Origin: Candidatus Nomurabacteria bacterium
GTDB taxonomy: Bacteria > Patescibacteriota > Minisyncoccia > Phycocordibacterales > UBA918
DNA length: 64,000 nt
Direction of reading: 5' to 3'
Assembly: GCA_020632075.1 (NCBI GenBank)
Contig: JACKGH010000001.1
Span: forward strand, 195,216-259,215
Shown: one piece after another, positions 27,050-36,027 of the stretch
How positions within the stretch are numbered: position 1 is the first letter of the stretch
How the letters are laid out: each line of letters opens with the position of its first letter
Program-made: the position numbers and the translations under genes
Notes under the pieces: model-generated
Databases searched by the model: none
The model's input: the letters and a program-made list of their open reading frames with translations, nothing else
What the model was told of the DNA's origin: nothing

Positions 27050-28114
27050 ATGAAATTAAGTCGTGTCGTAGAGTATGCGTTCTTTTTTGGTTTGCTTGGT
27101 CTAGCTGGCTACATGGTGTGGCTTATCATGGCGCCGTTTGTGAGTGCGCTAGCATTAGCAGCCATTATCGTCACTATTTGTCACCCGTTGTACACACGCA
27201 TCAGACAAATTGTCCCGAGGAAAAACAAATCTCTAGCCGCCTTCGCATCGACAATGATCGTCCTGATCGCGGTGATCATTCCTGTAACCATTGTATCCTC
27301 GCTGGTCGTAAAAGAGATTGTCTCTTTTTATCAAGAACTTGAAACTGGTGGTCACTCCTTCCAAAACTCGATTGCTACTCTTGAGAGTTCGATTCAGACT
27401 TTTGCTCCTGGTTTCCAGATCGATCTGACCGAACAGATCAAGGTAACTGCACAATGGCTCACTGGTAATCTAGGCGCTATCTTTGCAAGCACACTTTCTA
27501 CCATCTTTGTTTTCTTCATTGCCATGATCGGATCATTCTACTTTTTCCGTGATGGAAAAGAGTTTTTGCAGTTAGTGATCAAGGCCAGTCCACTACCAGA
27601 CCATGAAGACCAGATCATTTTTGACCGCATGGGACGAGCTGTTCGCGCTGTTGCCACTGGCACACTGCTCGTTGCTTTGATACAAGGAACACTTGTTGCT
27701 GTCGGCTTCTCGATCGTTGGTCTTGGTGAACGTGCCATCTTATGGGGGTCGATCGCATCACTAGGAGCTCTGGTCCCGGGAGTTGGCACAACCATCGTGA
27801 CCGCACCTGCTATCATTTATCTGTTCTTTACAGGCCATCTTGTGAGTGGCGTTATCTTGCTCATTTGGTCTATGTTGATCGTAGGATTGGTAGACAACTT
27901 AATCGGCCCATATTTGATCAGTCGAGGTAATAACTTGCATCCATTCATCATTCTCATTTCTGTACTTGGGGGTATCTCACTCTTTGGTCCGGTTGGTTTC
28001 GTTATCGGTCCAGTGGTGGTAACTCTCTTTTTGGTGCTTCTTGAGATATATAATCAGTATATAGTTCAGGAGAAAAAAATAACTGAAGAAGGACTTAAAG
28101 AAGATTTAGTATGA
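27050..28114 (+). CDS. AI-2E family transporter (PerM/UPF0118)
   Basis: Eight predicted TMs. The YFFRDGKEF motif and overall layout are typical of the AI-2E/YhhT family. Confidence 0.7.
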   Translation: MKLSRVVEYAFFFGLLGLAGYMVWLIMAPFVSALALAAIIVTICHPLYTRIRQIVPRKNKSLAAFASTMIVLIAVIIPVTIVSSLVVKEIVSFYQELETGGHSFQNSIATLESSIQTFAPGFQIDLTEQIKVTAQWLTGNLGAIFASTLSTIFVFFIAMIGSFYFFRDGKEFLQLVIKASPLPDHEDQIIFDRMGRAVRAVATGTLLVALIQGTLVAVGFSIVGLGERAILWGSIASLGALVPGVGTTIVTAPAIIYLFFTGHLVSGVILLIWSMLIVGLVDNLIGPYLISRGNNLHPFIILISVLGGISLFGPVGFVIGPVVVTLFLVLLEIYNQYIVQEKKITEEGLKEDLV

Positions 28115-28536
28115 TCGGAAGGGAACAGATCGAAGCTATTTTAAAGATCAACGGTATTGAACCAACAGCACCAGATGAACAGATCAGGTCTGTACTTTTG
28201 AGTGCACGGTACACAAAGGATGAAGTTGACACAGCTATGATGGTCCTTCGTGAAAACACCAAGACCAACAAGACTCGTGTCGATGGTCTACACAAGATAT
28301 TTCGCACAGACGAAGCGCTTAGACCCACTGAGATCTCTCAATTACTTGGAATTGATGTAGAGATACAGGATGAGATAGATATTCGAACTCGCACCAGAAA
28401 GCTCAGTGGCCTACAAATACTCACTGTTGGCATCCTTTCTATTCTACTTGCGGCTGGTGGCGTCCTGTATTACATGAACCTGCATCACATCGGTCTTTTT
28501 CACCCCAGCAATCAACTAACACTCTTTAAGAAATAG
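28111..28536 (+). CDS. Hypothetical protein with C-terminal TM
   Basis: Overlaps the upstream gene by 4 nt (ATGA). C-terminal hydrophobic helix. Confidence 0.5.
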   Translation: MIGREQIEAILKINGIEPTAPDEQIRSVLLSARYTKDEVDTAMMVLRENTKTNKTRVDGLHKIFRTDEALRPTEISQLLGIDVEIQDEIDIRTRTRKLSGLQILTVGILSILLAAGGVLYYMNLHHIGLFHPSNQLTLFKK

Positions 28537-28539
28537 GTA

Positions 28540-29679
28540 ATGACCGTTCGCGCATTCTTTTGTGGAATTCTTTCAAGCATACTGCTGGTCCAACTATTGT
28601 CGATCGAGATCATTCCGATCGTGCCAAGCACACTACACGGAGCAATCGGAGAGCGTCTAGCAGAACTTGAAGACGCAATACGACCCTCCTTTCAACCGGC
28701 ACGTTTTGTCGCTGCTAATGATACTAATGCTGATGCGCTCATTTTTGTGGGAGATGTCCTGCTTGCGCGTAATGTTGAATTCTTGATGGAAAGGAATGGT
28801 GCAGATTATCCATTCTCAGGCATACATTTCAGTGATTATGCTGTCAGTCCAATGGTTGTTGGTAATTTCGAGTCAGCTATTCCGATGGTACACAAACCAA
28901 CTGAAATGCTCATGCTGAACTTTTCGGTTGATCCACAGTATCTCACAGTCGCGAGCAAAGCTGGATTTACCCATTTTTCAGTTGCTAACAATCACAGTTT
29001 TGACTTCGGCCTACACGATTTTGAAAATACTGTGTCGCAATTGGAGCAAGCACAACTTACTGCTTTTGGCCATCCGCGAGAGTTCACTGAACGATCAGTG
29101 ACTTTCGTAACAATTGACAATACTACTGTTGCGCTCATTGCGCTCCATGCACTAGAGCGAAAACCGACTCAGGCAGAGCTGACAGCTATTTTTAATTACG
29201 CAAATACGCAAAGTGAGTATCAGTTTGTCTATGTTCACTGGGGAACCGAGTACAAAGAAACTAGTGATACGACGCAGCAAGCACTCGCTAAAGAGCTAGT
29301 CGAAGCTGGTGCAGATATGATTGTTGGACACCACCCACACGTTGTCCAGGAGATCGAACTCATCGACGCCGTGCCGGTATTCTATTCGCTTGGCAACTAC
29401 ATCTTTGATCAGTACGCTGATAAGGAGACTGTAGAAGGGCTCATGCTGCATGTAACACTAGAAGACACGCCCACTGTTTCACTTCTTCCTGTTACGAGTG
29501 AGACCACATTTTCACAACCGCACGGGATGAAGCAAGAAGATCATCAAGAATTTTTAGAAGAACTAGCCAAGAAGAGTACACCAGAGCTCTCTACGTATAT
29601 ACAGTCTGGTGTGCTACCGTTGAAGATCTCGGTTGCATCTTCATCAAAAATGGCTATGATTGAACGTGTAAATTCGTAA
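28540..29679 (+). CDS. CapA/PgsA-family metallophosphatase-like protein (poly-gamma-glutamate capsule biosynthesis family)
   Basis: FVGDVLLARNVE, SVANNHSFDFG, YVHWGTEY, MIVGHHPHVVQ and YSLGNYIFDQ match CapA family motifs. Confidence 0.75.
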   Translation: MTVRAFFCGILSSILLVQLLSIEIIPIVPSTLHGAIGERLAELEDAIRPSFQPARFVAANDTNADALIFVGDVLLARNVEFLMERNGADYPFSGIHFSDYAVSPMVVGNFESAIPMVHKPTEMLMLNFSVDPQYLTVASKAGFTHFSVANNHSFDFGLHDFENTVSQLEQAQLTAFGHPREFTERSVTFVTIDNTTVALIALHALERKPTQAELTAIFNYANTQSEYQFVYVHWGTEYKETSDTTQQALAKELVEAGADMIVGHHPHVVQEIELIDAVPVFYSLGNYIFDQYADKETVEGLMLHVTLEDTPTVSLLPVTSETTFSQPHGMKQEDHQEFLEELAKKSTPELSTYIQSGVLPLKISVASSSKMAMIERVNS

Positions 29680-29681
29680 GT

Positions 29682-30233
29682 ATGTTTAATAAATTTGAAC
29701 TCATTGGAGCTGGTGTAAGTGTTTTCTTTATGGCTCTCGGTCTCTATCTGTTTCAGGCAGAGTCACTTCTTTTCAGCTCAGGTCCGGTTGGAGCACAATC
29801 CGCTCAGGCGATCGATGCACAGCCAGGCATCGTGGTGGTAGAGGCGTCTGACAATGTTGAGCAGGCACGAACGAACGCTTTTCTACAAGCAGCAAATGAT
29901 CAAGGTAAACTAGCAAGTATGGTAATTGACGATGTAAAATTTGGAACAGGCGATGCAGTACAAGAGGGGGATGTGGTTGCAGTGCACTACATTGGAACAC
30001 TCCAAAGCGGACAAGAATTTGATAACTCGCACAAGCGAGGAGCACCATTTGAATTCAAAGTTGGTGGCGGTCAAGTAATCGAAGGTTGGGATAAAGGACT
30101 AGTCGGCATGAAAGTAGGCGGACAGCGAATTCTCGTTATTCCACCAGCGATGGCCTATGGTGACTCTGGAGTTGGCCCGATCCCTGGTGGAGCAACGTTA
30201 GTCTTCTCGATTGAGCTAATGGAAATCAAGTAA
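29682..30233 (+). CDS. FKBP-type peptidyl-prolyl cis-trans isomerase, membrane-anchored
   Basis: GDVVAVHYIGTLQSGQEFDNS...GGGQVIEGWDKGLVGMKVGGQRILVIPPAMAYG is the canonical FKBP domain. N-terminal TM. Confidence 0.85.
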   Translation: MFNKFELIGAGVSVFFMALGLYLFQAESLLFSSGPVGAQSAQAIDAQPGIVVVEASDNVEQARTNAFLQAANDQGKLASMVIDDVKFGTGDAVQEGDVVAVHYIGTLQSGQEFDNSHKRGAPFEFKVGGGQVIEGWDKGLVGMKVGGQRILVIPPAMAYGDSGVGPIPGGATLVFSIELMEIK

Positions 30234-30244
30234 AAATACTATCC

Positions 30245-30384
30245 TAGCGTGTCGTTCAGTCCTTCTGACGAGACTCTGGAGCCGAAGTGCTTGGTCTTTC
30301 GTCAGAAAGTCTTCGGCGAAGCGTCAATACCGGCCCGCAGAAGGCCGGTATGGTCGTCAGAAGAACTGAGCGACTAAGCGACCT
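30245..30384 (+). promoter_or_regulatory. Highly structured leader upstream of tgt with competing helices (candidate attenuator/riboswitch-like element)
   Basis: Segment a (..CCTTCTGACGA) can pair either with segment b (TTTCGTCAGAAAG, itself inside a nested hairpin CCGAAG..CTTCGG) or with segment a' (TCGTCAGAAGAACTGAGCGAC). An ACCGGCC/GGCCGGT hairpin lies between them. Confidence 0.4.
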
Positions 30385-31584
30385 ATGAGTAATCCGATCA
30401 CATTTGAAATTGAAAAACGTATTCCGGGCACGCTAGGGCGTGCTGGCGTAATTCATACACCACACGGGGACATCCAAACCCCAGCTTTTGTGGTAGTCGG
30501 CACAAAGGGTACGGTGAAAAGCATCAAACCAGAAGACGTGCGCGACTACGTAGGCAATCAAGTTGCCCTAGCCAATACATACCATCTCTTTCTGCAGCCG
30601 GGTGATGATGTGGTCAAGGAAGCGGGTGGACTCCATAAGTTTGCCAACTGGAACATGCCAACCATCACTGACAGTGGTGGGTTTCAGGTCTTTTCACTCG
30701 GCGCGGCCTTTGGAAAGGGTGTAACTAAATTCGCCAAAGGAGAAGTGTCTGAAAATCCTGAAAAGTCTGAGCTGAATGTCTACTCTAAGAAAATGGCAGA
30801 AGACCATGGCAAGCTCTGTGTGATCGATGAAGAAGGGGTGACCTTTACTTCACACCACGACGGCTCTATGCATCGCTTCACCGCTGAGCGCTCGATCGAC
30901 ATTCAGCATAATATCGGTGCCGATATCATCATTGCGTTTGATGAGTGCACCAGCCCAACGGCTGATAAGGACTATCAGCGCGAAGCGATGGATCGTACAC
31001 ACCGCTGGGCTAAGCGCAGTATTTTGGCGCACATGCGCAACCATGACGCGCTTAAGAAGCAAGGTCTCTACGGCGTCGTGCAAGGCGGGCGTCATCTCGA
31101 CCTCCGTGCCGAAAGCGCCAAAATACTTGGCGCTATGGATTTTGCTGGCTTTGGAATTGGCGGTAGCTTCACTAAGGAAGATTTGGGTGAGGCTGTACAG
31201 GTAGTAAATGAGATCTTGCCGGAAGACAAGCCACGACATCTCCTTGGCATTGGCGAGCCAGAAGATATCACTGAGGGCGTAAAACTTGGCTGTGATACGT
31301 TTGACTGTGTCGCACCAACCCGCATTGCTCGCACCGGCACCATCTACGAGCGCACTAATGAAGGACATAAGCGTACAAACCTTTTAAATAGTAAATATCA
31401 ACGCGACTTCAGCAAGCCGGATGAATCGTGTGACTGTTATGTGTGCCAGAACTACACCAAAGCCTACCTCGCACACCTCTTTCGCAGCCAAGAAATGCTG
31501 GGGCCACACCTCGCCAGCCTCCACAATCTCTATTACATAGTGAATTTTACAAAGCGTTTACGTGAGGAGATCATGCGCATGTAG
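30385..31584 (+). CDS. tgt: Queuine tRNA-ribosyltransferase (tRNA-guanine transglycosylase)
   Basis: Full-length TGT: TIM-barrel motifs, LGIGEPEDI, and the zinc site CDCYVCQNY...H. Confidence 0.9.
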   Translation: MSNPITFEIEKRIPGTLGRAGVIHTPHGDIQTPAFVVVGTKGTVKSIKPEDVRDYVGNQVALANTYHLFLQPGDDVVKEAGGLHKFANWNMPTITDSGGFQVFSLGAAFGKGVTKFAKGEVSENPEKSELNVYSKKMAEDHGKLCVIDEEGVTFTSHHDGSMHRFTAERSIDIQHNIGADIIIAFDECTSPTADKDYQREAMDRTHRWAKRSILAHMRNHDALKKQGLYGVVQGGRHLDLRAESAKILGAMDFAGFGIGGSFTKEDLGEAVQVVNEILPEDKPRHLLGIGEPEDITEGVKLGCDTFDCVAPTRIARTGTIYERTNEGHKRTNLLNSKYQRDFSKPDESCDCYVCQNYTKAYLAHLFRSQEMLGPHLASLHNLYYIVNFTKRLREEIMRM

Positions 31585-31654
31585 GATTGCGTTTTTGTGA
31601 ATTTGTGGCACTATCACGGTAGTTTTAACCAAGTAATGCGAGGAGGTACTCGTC

Positions 31655-32320
31655 ATGCTTCCTCATATTTGGGAGCTCATTGAAAGTCACACTGACAAGC
31701 GATCTGTCATGCGGGCAGTAGCACAAGTGTGGGATAAAGGTTCGGCTGAATACGCTGATATCCAGGAAGCGTACTGTGATGCTTTTCGGGGGCATCGAGA
31801 TCAGACACGCGATAGCGGTGAGCGCTACTTCAGACATGTGCTTGGAGTCGTGATCATCATTTTGTGCTGGCTCAAGATCCACGATGCTGATCTTATCATC
31901 GCAGCCTTTTTGCACGATCTGGTCGAAGACAAGCCACACCTGTGGACGCTTCGCAAGATCGAAGCTAAGTATGGCAAACGTGTCGCGAATCTCGTGCGTG
32001 CAGTGACCAAGCCAGAGTACTCACGCTACGGCGGCAAGACAGAACGGCACGCAGTTGCCACTGCTAACAAGGTGCGGATGGGGGGCAGGATTGCCATTAT
32101 CCTCAAGTTGGCAGACAGGCTGCACAACATGCTCACCCTCTGGGGCACACCACGGAAGAAGCAAAGCAAGATACGGGAGACTACCATCTACTACTTGCCC
32201 ATGGCGCATCAAGTTAAGCTGCTCTGGCGTGAGCTACACCTAGCGATCGCCGAGCAGATCAAGTCCGACCACATGTATGACAACGAAGACAGTGAAGTGG
32301 GTCACGACTTACTAGCCTAA
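31655..32320 (+). CDS. Stand-alone HD-domain (p)ppGpp hydrolase-like protein (RelA/SpoT hydrolase domain only)
   Basis: RHVLGVVIIL...AAFLHDLVEDK...YGKRVANLVRAVTK...KLADRLHNMLTL matches the SpoT/RelA HD hydrolase motifs. There is no synthetase domain. Confidence 0.7.
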   Translation: MLPHIWELIESHTDKRSVMRAVAQVWDKGSAEYADIQEAYCDAFRGHRDQTRDSGERYFRHVLGVVIIILCWLKIHDADLIIAAFLHDLVEDKPHLWTLRKIEAKYGKRVANLVRAVTKPEYSRYGGKTERHAVATANKVRMGGRIAIILKLADRLHNMLTLWGTPRKKQSKIRETTIYYLPMAHQVKLLWRELHLAIAEQIKSDHMYDNEDSEVGHDLLA

Positions 32321-32355
32321 ACCGGGAGTATGGACACTCCCGGTTTTTTTATTTT
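32321..32355 (+). terminator. Rho-independent terminator (ACCGGGAG / CTCCCGGT, then TTTTTTTATTTT)
   Basis: Strong hairpin and a long U-tract immediately after the stop. Confidence 0.85.
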
Positions 32356-32544
32356 CTAAGTGCTATACTTTTAATATGACTTGGTACAAAGTATCATTAT
32401 TCGGATGGCTCTTCGCGCTACTGCATGTAGCATTAAGTTCGCTCATTGTGTATGGCCGTGTCACATACGATGTCGGGGAACCAGCGTACTATCTATATCG
32501 CGCTGCGTTTGGTATCCATATCTTTTTACTCTGTCTTTTTGTGT

Positions 32545-33087
32545 ATGCACGCTATAAGAAAGAACGCATTTTTGCAAAAAAATAACAATCGTGGCTACAC
32601 GATCATTGAGCTGCTGATCGTCATCAGTATCATTGCTATTCTTGCGAGCATTATTCTTCCCAAGCTAGGGGAAGCACGAGAATCAGCGCGTCTTGCTAGA
32701 GCGACACAAGAGCTAAGCTCAATTCACAAATCACTAGTGCAGTACCGTTCAAAATATGGTGAGTATCCAGCTGATACCAACCGTAATATCCCCCCTGGTC
32801 TAGAAGAGTTCCTCGGCCCTGGTATCTGGCCCGACGCAGCGTGGCCTGGCAGTGTGTTTGACTGGGACAATTGGGAAGACCCAGATGATCCATCAAAGCG
32901 GATCATGCAGGTCAGTATTCGTTTTTGCCCGATCGGACAACCTGCACAATGTAAGTTCCCAGACGCAGATTGGGCTGCTAGTTTTGATATCAATAGTGCA
33001 GTCTACTACTGTGTGGAAGGCGCTTGTCGTTCGCATCTTTCGAAGCCAATCAACCACCCAGGATACTGCGTAAACTGCCAGAATTAG
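32545..33087 (+). CDS. Type IV pilin-like protein (prepilin leader MHAIRKNAFLQKNNNRG, then YTIIELLIVISIIAILA), Cys-rich C-terminal domain
   Basis: Class III signal: basic leader ending in Gly, then Y-T-I-I-E-L-L-I-V with Glu at +5 and a hydrophobic helix. The start is chosen at the in-frame ATG 17 codons upstream of the cleavage Gly. The ORF-track start 32446 gives an implausible 50-aa leader. Confidence 0.65.
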   Translation: MHAIRKNAFLQKNNNRGYTIIELLIVISIIAILASIILPKLGEARESARLARATQELSSIHKSLVQYRSKYGEYPADTNRNIPPGLEEFLGPGIWPDAAWPGSVFDWDNWEDPDDPSKRIMQVSIRFCPIGQPAQCKFPDADWAASFDINSAVYYCVEGACRSHLSKPINHPGYCVNCQN

Positions 33088-33127
33088 CGCTGTTTCCACA
33101 TTTACTCATTCACGCTATAGTAGCAAG

Positions 33128-35152
33128 GTGAAATTTGAGATCGCAACCGACAAGCAACCAGCCGGAGATCAACCGAAGGCGATCGAGGCGCTGGTACAGG
33201 GGATCAAAGCTGGTAATCGACACCAGACGCTTTTGGGAGTGACTGGCTCCGGTAAGACCTTTACCGCCGCAAACGTGATCCAGCAGATCCAGAAGCCAAC
33301 CCTAGTGATCGCACACAACAAAACACTCGCAGCACAGCTGGCACAAGAGTACAAAGATTTTTTTCCAAACAATGCCGTACACTACTTCGTGTCGTACTAC
33401 GATTACTACCAACCAGAGGCATACATGCCGACCAGTGATACCTATATCGAGAAGGAAGCGCAGATCAACGAAGAGATCGATCGACTTCGTCACGCCAGTA
33501 CTCAAGCTCTTCTGACCCGAGAAGACGTGATCATTGTGGCGTCTGTCTCGTGCATCTACGGCCTGGGCTCTCCGGCAGAATATGAAAAGAAGCATTTGCG
33601 CATTGAACGTGGTTTCGAGACCACTCGCACTGACATGCTCCGAGTCCTGGTAGACATGTACTTCGAGCGCACCAATGCTGACCTCACTCCAGGACATTTT
33701 CGAGCAGTAGGGAACACAGTAGAGATCATGCCGACCAACGAGCGAGTTATTTATCGACTTGGCTTTTCTGGCAACAAGGTATCGAATATTACAAAAATTG
33801 ACGGCGTTTCACGTTCGATCATCGATGAACCTGAGGTATTCTTCCTTTTTCCAGCCAAGCACTTCGTTACTCCAGAGGACGAACGAAAGGTCGCTATGGC
33901 TGACATCAAGCTTGAGCTTGATGAACAACTCAAATATTTCAAGAAGGAAGGGAAGATCCTTGAAGCTGAGCGTCTCAAACGACGAACCGAGCACGATCTC
34001 GCGCTGATTCGAGAGGTTGGGTACTGTAATGGTATCGAAAACTACTCGCGCCACTTCGACCGTCGTAAGGCCGGCGAAGCGCCATACACACTCCTTTCAT
34101 ACTTCCCACACAAGGAAGACGGTACGCCAGATTTCTTAACCATTATCGACGAATCACACGTGACGATTCCACAACTCAATGGTATGTACGCCGGCGACCA
34201 GTCACGCAAGAAGACATTGGTTGAATTTGGTTTCCGTCTCCCGAGCGCGGTCGACAACCGACCGCTCAAGTTCGCGGAGTTCGAAGAACGTGTCGGGCAA
34301 CAAATCTACACTACCGCAACACCTGGCAAGTTTGAGCTGGCAGCACTTGAAAAAGAGGGTCTGAAGCCAATTGAGCAGATCATCCGCCCGACCGGACTGG
34401 TAGACCCCGAGATCGATGTGCGCGGGATCGTCGAGGAAGGTGAGTATCCAGGCCAAGTGAAGGACTTCATTGATGAGTCGGTAAAAGTGATCGGCAGGGG
34501 AGCGCGCGTGCTCGTAACCACACTCACGAAGCAAATGGCTGAAGACTTGGCAGAGTTTCTTGAAGAAAAGAACATCAAGACCAAGTATATTCATAGTGAT
34601 GTGGAGACCATCGAACGGATTGAGATCTTGACCGACTTTCGAAAAGGGACCTTTGACTGCTTGGTCGGTGTGAACCTCCTGCGCGAGGGGCTCGACCTAC
34701 CTGAAGTAGAGCTGGTTGCGATTCTCGATGCTGACAAAGCTGGGTTTCTCCGCAGCGAAACAGCCCTCATTCAGACCATTGGTCGTGCTGCTCGAAATGT
34801 AAACGGTCGGGTGATCCTCTACGCGGACGAGATAACTGATTCACTTGAATATGCGATCAGTGAGACAACACGTCGTCGTGAAATGCAGCTGACATACAAC
34901 AAGGAACACGGGATCACACCAAAGACTATCGCTAAAGAGATCAAGTCGATTGCTGATCAACTCCGCACTGATCACGACGAGACGGTAGACACATTACTCA
35001 AGGTAGACATGGAGCTCTTTAGGAAAAACCCTAAGAAAGTCCTGAAAGAAAAGCGCCGACAGATGGAGGAAGCCGTAGCCATTTTAGACTTTGAAACAGC
35101 TGCCATCATTCGTGATGAGATCAAATACCTGGAAGAGCAGAATGCCAAGTAG
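33128..35152 (+). CDS. uvrB: Excinuclease ABC subunit B
   Basis: Helicase motifs GVTGSGKT and DESH, a beta-hairpin region, and a C-terminal UVR coiled coil. GTG start per the ORF track. Confidence 0.95.
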   Translation: MKFEIATDKQPAGDQPKAIEALVQGIKAGNRHQTLLGVTGSGKTFTAANVIQQIQKPTLVIAHNKTLAAQLAQEYKDFFPNNAVHYFVSYYDYYQPEAYMPTSDTYIEKEAQINEEIDRLRHASTQALLTREDVIIVASVSCIYGLGSPAEYEKKHLRIERGFETTRTDMLRVLVDMYFERTNADLTPGHFRAVGNTVEIMPTNERVIYRLGFSGNKVSNITKIDGVSRSIIDEPEVFFLFPAKHFVTPEDERKVAMADIKLELDEQLKYFKKEGKILEAERLKRRTEHDLALIREVGYCNGIENYSRHFDRRKAGEAPYTLLSYFPHKEDGTPDFLTIIDESHVTIPQLNGMYAGDQSRKKTLVEFGFRLPSAVDNRPLKFAEFEERVGQQIYTTATPGKFELAALEKEGLKPIEQIIRPTGLVDPEIDVRGIVEEGEYPGQVKDFIDESVKVIGRGARVLVTTLTKQMAEDLAEFLEEKNIKTKYIHSDVETIERIEILTDFRKGTFDCLVGVNLLREGLDLPEVELVAILDADKAGFLRSETALIQTIGRAARNVNGRVILYADEITDSLEYAISETTRRREMQLTYNKEHGITPKTIAKEIKSIADQLRTDHDETVDTLLKVDMELFRKNPKKVLKEKRRQMEEAVAILDFETAAIIRDEIKYLEEQNAK

Positions 35153-35203
35153 TCTGTGAGTTACTAGCATGTAACGCCAAGGTTAGGTGCTATTATTTCA
35201 TAT

Positions 35204-36013
35204 ATGTCAGTACTCAGTAACAAGCGCGTCCTTGTTGTGGACAGCGAAAGTGCGCAGTTAAGCGAAGTTGCTTCAATGCTCACTTCAGAAGGAGTGGAGG
35301 TGGAATCACTTCCTTGCAGCGAGGTTACCCCGGAGAAGGTTGCCGAGCTGGACATTGATCTGGTCCTACTAAATCACCTCCATGAAGGAGTCGCCTGCAA
35401 CGACACTTTGGCTCTCCTCCGGAGCGTTGGTGTCACGGCTGTTATGCCGATCCTTGTGCAAGTTGATGATACGACAGAATCTATTCAAACCGCTCTCTCA
35501 AGCGGCGCAGCAGACTACACCACTCCAGACGAACCAGCAGCTTCAGTTATTCAGAAAATGCGTGCTATTTTTGACCAAGGAGACACCTTTGCTGGCAGTT
35601 CCGATATTGATATCACCCCAACTGAAACGACTGTTACAAAAACCGGTATCAGGGTGTATGTGGTTGAAGACGACCCACTACTACGAAATCTTCTCTCTGT
35701 GCGGATGGAGAAATCATCGTTCCCGTATGAATTCAGTGTGGATGGCTCTGGCGCGCTTGAGGCAATGCACCAATTTAAGCCTGACATCATCATTCTTGAC
35801 CTTATGCTCCCAGGCAAAAGCGGATTCGAAGTCCTGCAGGAAGTCAAGGCTGACGAAATGCTTAAAGACGTGCCTGTGATCGTCTTTTCAAACAAGGATG
35901 GTCAGGAAGATCGTGCTCGAGCTAAACAACTCGGAGCTGCTGGTTTCTACGTGAAAGCCATGACCGATCTCTCAGAACTCATTGATAAAATAGCTGCACA
36001 TGCAAAGGCATAA
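35204..36013 (+). CDS. Dual receiver-domain response regulator without output domain (N-terminal degenerate REC, C-terminal canonical REC)
   Basis: C-terminal REC has VEDDP...DLMLPG...K. N-terminal REC-like fold has the phospho-acceptor region replaced (DLVLLNH). Confidence 0.7.
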   Translation: MSVLSNKRVLVVDSESAQLSEVASMLTSEGVEVESLPCSEVTPEKVAELDIDLVLLNHLHEGVACNDTLALLRSVGVTAVMPILVQVDDTTESIQTALSSGAADYTTPDEPAASVIQKMRAIFDQGDTFAGSSDIDITPTETTVTKTGIRVYVVEDDPLLRNLLSVRMEKSSFPYEFSVDGSGALEAMHQFKPDIIILDLMLPGKSGFEVLQEVKADEMLKDVPVIVFSNKDGQEDRARAKQLGAAGFYVKAMTDLSELIDKIAAHAKA

Positions 36014-36027
36014 AAATACATATACCC

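Noticed and set aside
30245-30384. preQ1 riboswitch assignment for the tgt leader.
   Set aside because: I could not match the preQ1-I (short hairpin plus A-rich tail), preQ1-II or preQ1-III consensus by eye. It is kept only as an unclassified structured leader.
32376-32585. 69-aa two-TM ORF overlapping the pilin start.
   Set aside because: It is in a different frame and overlaps the pilin leader. It is not listed as a feature because the prepilin signal gives the other frame strong independent support. It is left as an unresolved alternative in the findings.
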